Positions 14,707 through 17,215 of a DNA stretch of 17,215 nt are shown here, in pieces. The translations under genes and the position numbers were made by a program. The notes beneath the pieces are model-generated. The model ran no database searches. It saw only the letters and a list, made by a program, of their open reading frames with translations, and had not been told where the DNA came from. Position 1 is the stretch's first letter. The number at the start of each line of letters is the position of its first letter. Source of the stretch: a bacterium (GTDB taxonomy: Bacteria > Zhuqueibacterota > Zhuqueibacteria > Oceanimicrobiales > Oceanimicrobiaceae); NCBI GenBank assembly GCA_046758365.1, contig JBHIAC010000065.1, positions 1 to 17,215 on the forward strand. Reading direction: 5' to 3'.

Positions 14707-17215
14707 ATGAACTCCCAAATACAATTTGCGCCGCTGAAGCCCAAAAAGATGAATTTTGGACCTCGGCGTGCTGTTTATTTTAACATTTTAGATGTTATAA
14801 AAGATACAAAATTTAAACTTGACCAGAGTCAGCACTACACTCTGGAAGGAATCGATTTGGTTTACCGCACCCTATGTGCCATCCTGTACAATTTTGTACC
14901 CACCTCCGGACATCCAGGAGGCAGTATATCTTCAGGGCGCATTGTAGAGAGTTTAATCTACTCAACCATGGATTATGATTTTTCAAATCCTGATGCGATT
15001 GATGCGGATATGCTGGTTTATGCGGCTGGGCATAAAGCTATGGGACTTTATGCTATGTGGGCGTTAAGAAATGAATTAATTCGAATCGGTAAACCGAAAT
15101 TATTGCCGGATGAAACCAAGCAACTGCGCTTAGAGGACCTCCTTGGCTTCAGGCGCAACCCCACCAATGACACCCCTCTTTTTAAAGAATATCATTCCAA
15201 GACCCTGGACGGCCACCCTACGCCCGCAACGCCATTTGTACGCATTGCTACCGGGGCCAGTGGCGTTGGCGTACCTGCTGCTCTCGGTTTGACTTTGGGG
15301 GCTTTAGAGGCCTACGGCAGTGGTGCCCTGAAAGTTCACATTTTGGAAGGTGAGGGGGGCATGACACCAGGTCGTGTCCACGAATCTTTGGCCGCTGCCG
15401 CTTCGGCCAGTCTATACAATGCTGTGCTGCACATCGATTGGAACCAAGCATCTATTGACTCAAACAGGGTCTGCCGGGAAGGAAAGGAACCCGGAGATTA
15501 CACCCAATGGAACCCAGTTGAACTCTGTTATTGCCATGATTGGAATGTTATTTCGGTTCCGGATGGTAAGGACTTTGAACAAGTTTTGGCCGCTCAGAAA
15601 TTGGCTTTAACCATAGATACCAGGCAGCCTACGGCCATTGTTTACCGAACTATCAAAGGTTGGAAATATGGCATTGAGGGCAGGACTTCTCACGGTGCCG
15701 GACACAAATTCTGTTCGGAAGGGTATTACCAGGCTTGTGAAGAATTTGAAAATTATTTTGGCGTTCGCGTACCCCGTTTTGAGGCCGATGCTAATCCTGA
15801 AAATATTGAAGAAACATTTTTTGAAACGCTTATGTTGGTAAGGAAAGCATTAGAAAGCAAAAAAGAATTTGCCTTGTTTGCCTCTAATCAAATCATCGAA
15901 GCACAGCAGAGACTAAAAGCTCGTAACCGCCAGATGCGGGCAGATGTCCCTAAGCTAACTAAATTATATGAACCCAACAACGGAATAGATGCGGAGTTGA
16001 CCCCACCAGAATTGCTATTAAAACCCGGTAATTCTGTAACTCTAAGAGCTGTACTTGGAAACGTTTTGGACGTATTAAACAAGAAGACCCAGGGGGCTAT
16101 TATTGGGTCTGCTGCGGATTTATTGGGTTCAACCAGCGTTATCAATTTGAACAAAGGGTTTGACGAGGGCTACTTTAATGCCGTTTCAAATCCTAAGTCA
16201 AGATTGATTGCGGTGGGAGGTATTTGTGAGGATGCCATGGGAGCCTTCATGGCTGGATTATCCAGTTTTGGTCAGCACATCGGCGTTACTTCTTCTTACG
16301 GCGCTTTTATTGGTGCACTTGAACACGTGGCCGCCCGTCTGCATGGAATTGGTCAGCAGGCGCGCGAGTCCATTACCGGTGAACCATACAGAACTTGGAT
16401 TATGATCAATGCCCACGCTGGGGTAAAAACCGGCGAAGACGGCCCCACCCACGCTGATCCCCAGGTGCTGCAGATTCTACAGGAAAATTTCCCGAAAGGG
16501 GTACTCATTACCCTGACGCCCTGGGACCCGCAAGAAATCTGGCCGCTTTTTGTGGTGGGCCTAAAAGCACGTCCCGCAGTGCTTTGTCCATTTGTAACTC
16601 GTCCGCCTGACACCGTAATTGATAGAACTGAATATGGGCTTCCTCCTGCTTCTGAAGCTGTAAAAGGGATTTACGCCATGCGCAGGGCTGATGCCAGAGC
16701 TAAGCCGCAAAGCGGTACATTAGTATTGCAGGGAAATGGGGTGGCTACTATCTTTGTGCAGGAAGTTTTGCCGAAATTAGACGAAAAAGGATTGAATCTG
16801 AATGTGTTTTACATTTCCAGCGCAGAGCTTTTCGATAGGTTGCCATTAGACCAGCAGGAAGCACTATTCCCTGAAGTGCTGAGTTACGAATCTATGGGAA
16901 TTACTGATTTCACCTTACCTACTATGTACCGATGGGTGCGGTCAAATGAGGGTATTCGCAGGACACTCCATTCTTTCCGAGGTCATCATTATTTAGGTAG
17001 TGGACAGGCTCACAAAGTTTTACAAGAGGCCGGCATCCATGCGGAAGGCCAATTGCAAGCTATATTGGATTATGCACGTTTCATGGAACAAAGAGCCAGA
17101 AGTGGTAATGGTTCAATTCGGCCTCGAAAATACCCATTTAAAAAGCGCGAACTTGAAACCCATGAAAAAGTTTGGCTGACATGTGTTGCTTGCGGTGCCA
17201 AGATCGATCCTAAAG
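14707..17215 (+). CDS. Divergent transketolase-family ThDP enzyme with a C-terminal extension, 3'-truncated by the window edge (>836 aa)
   Basis: Manual translation shows a stop-free frame from ATG 14707 (GGAG at 14694-14697; alternative ATG 14692). Motifs: SGHPGG (14905), AGH (15025), DGHPT, GEG-x28-N (15349-15444), TIKG, SHG, ADL..ST, GICEDAM and HAGVKTGEDGPTH (16414-16452). Confidence 0.92.
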   Translation, partial: MNSQIQFAPLKPKKMNFGPRRAVYFNILDVIKDTKFKLDQSQHYTLEGIDLVYRTLCAILYNFVPTSGHPGGSISSGRIVESLIYSTMDYDFSNPDAIDADMLVYAAGHKAMGLYAMWALRNELIRIGKPKLLPDETKQLRLEDLLGFRRNPTNDTPLFKEYHSKTLDGHPTPATPFVRIATGASGVGVPAALGLTLGALEAYGSGALKVHILEGEGGMTPGRVHESLAAAASASLYNAVLHIDWNQASIDSNRVCREGKEPGDYTQWNPVELCYCHDWNVISVPDGKDFEQVLAAQKLALTIDTRQPTAIVYRTIKGWKYGIEGRTSHGAGHKFCSEGYYQACEEFENYFGVRVPRFEADANPENIEETFFETLMLVRKALESKKEFALFASNQIIEAQQRLKARNRQMRADVPKLTKLYEPNNGIDAELTPPELLLKPGNSVTLRAVLGNVLDVLNKKTQGAIIGSAADLLGSTSVINLNKGFDEGYFNAVSNPKSRLIAVGGICEDAMGAFMAGLSSFGQHIGVTSSYGAFIGALEHVAARLHGIGQQARESITGEPYRTWIMINAHAGVKTGEDGPTHADPQVLQILQENFPKGVLITLTPWDPQEIWPLFVVGLKARPAVLCPFVTRPPDTVIDRTEYGLPPASEAVKGIYAMRRADARAKPQSGTLVLQGNGVATIFVQEVLPKLDEKGLNLNVFYISSAELFDRLPLDQQEALFPEVLSYESMGITDFTLPTMYRWVRSNEGIRRTLHSFRGHHYLGSGQAHKVLQEAGIHAEGQLQAILDYARFMEQRARSGNGSIRPRKYPFKKRELETHEKVWLTCVACGAKIDPK

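Noticed and set aside
15248..16613. Seven short ORFs listed in the right-hand region
   Set aside because: All lie inside the long transketolase-like frame, which the track omitted because it has no stop codon within the window.
1..17215. CRISPR array, tRNA/rRNA genes, IS elements, selenocysteine read-through
   Set aside because: No regularly spaced direct repeats, cloverleaf or rRNA signatures, transposase ORFs or in-frame TGA within a conserved domain were seen by eye.

Overview
A 17.2 kb AT-rich bacterial chromosomal window with every credible gene on the + strand. In order: the 3' part of argF (ornithine carbamoyltransferase), a FemAB/GNAT-like acyltransferase, a GT-B glycosyltransferase, a startless HEAT-repeat remnant, an EamA/DMT transporter, a GT9-like glycosyltransferase with altered motifs, an FAH-family protein, a secreted S8 subtilase (duplicated prodomain, GGCGCG-TM-basic tail), an M61-PDZ aminopeptidase, an unknown TPR-ending protein, thiI, an MDR/VAT-1-like oxidoreductase, a truncated DUF2809-like gene and a cold-shock protein with a long structured leader. 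The window ends in a >836-aa divergent transketolase-like ORF that the ORF track missed because it runs off the right edge. Three things stand out. (1) A promoter-to-terminator unit of about 95 nt before thiI carries five GGA motifs and a 17-codon ORF; it is a candidate sRNA or attenuator. (2) The transketolase-like protein has GEG in place of the ThDP-binding GDG and continues past its normal end into a CxxC zinc-ribbon-like domain. (3) The subtilase has a Cys-containing CTERM-like sorting tail. No CRISPR array, rRNA, tRNA or transposase was seen. All family calls come from reading motifs by eye, not from database searches.
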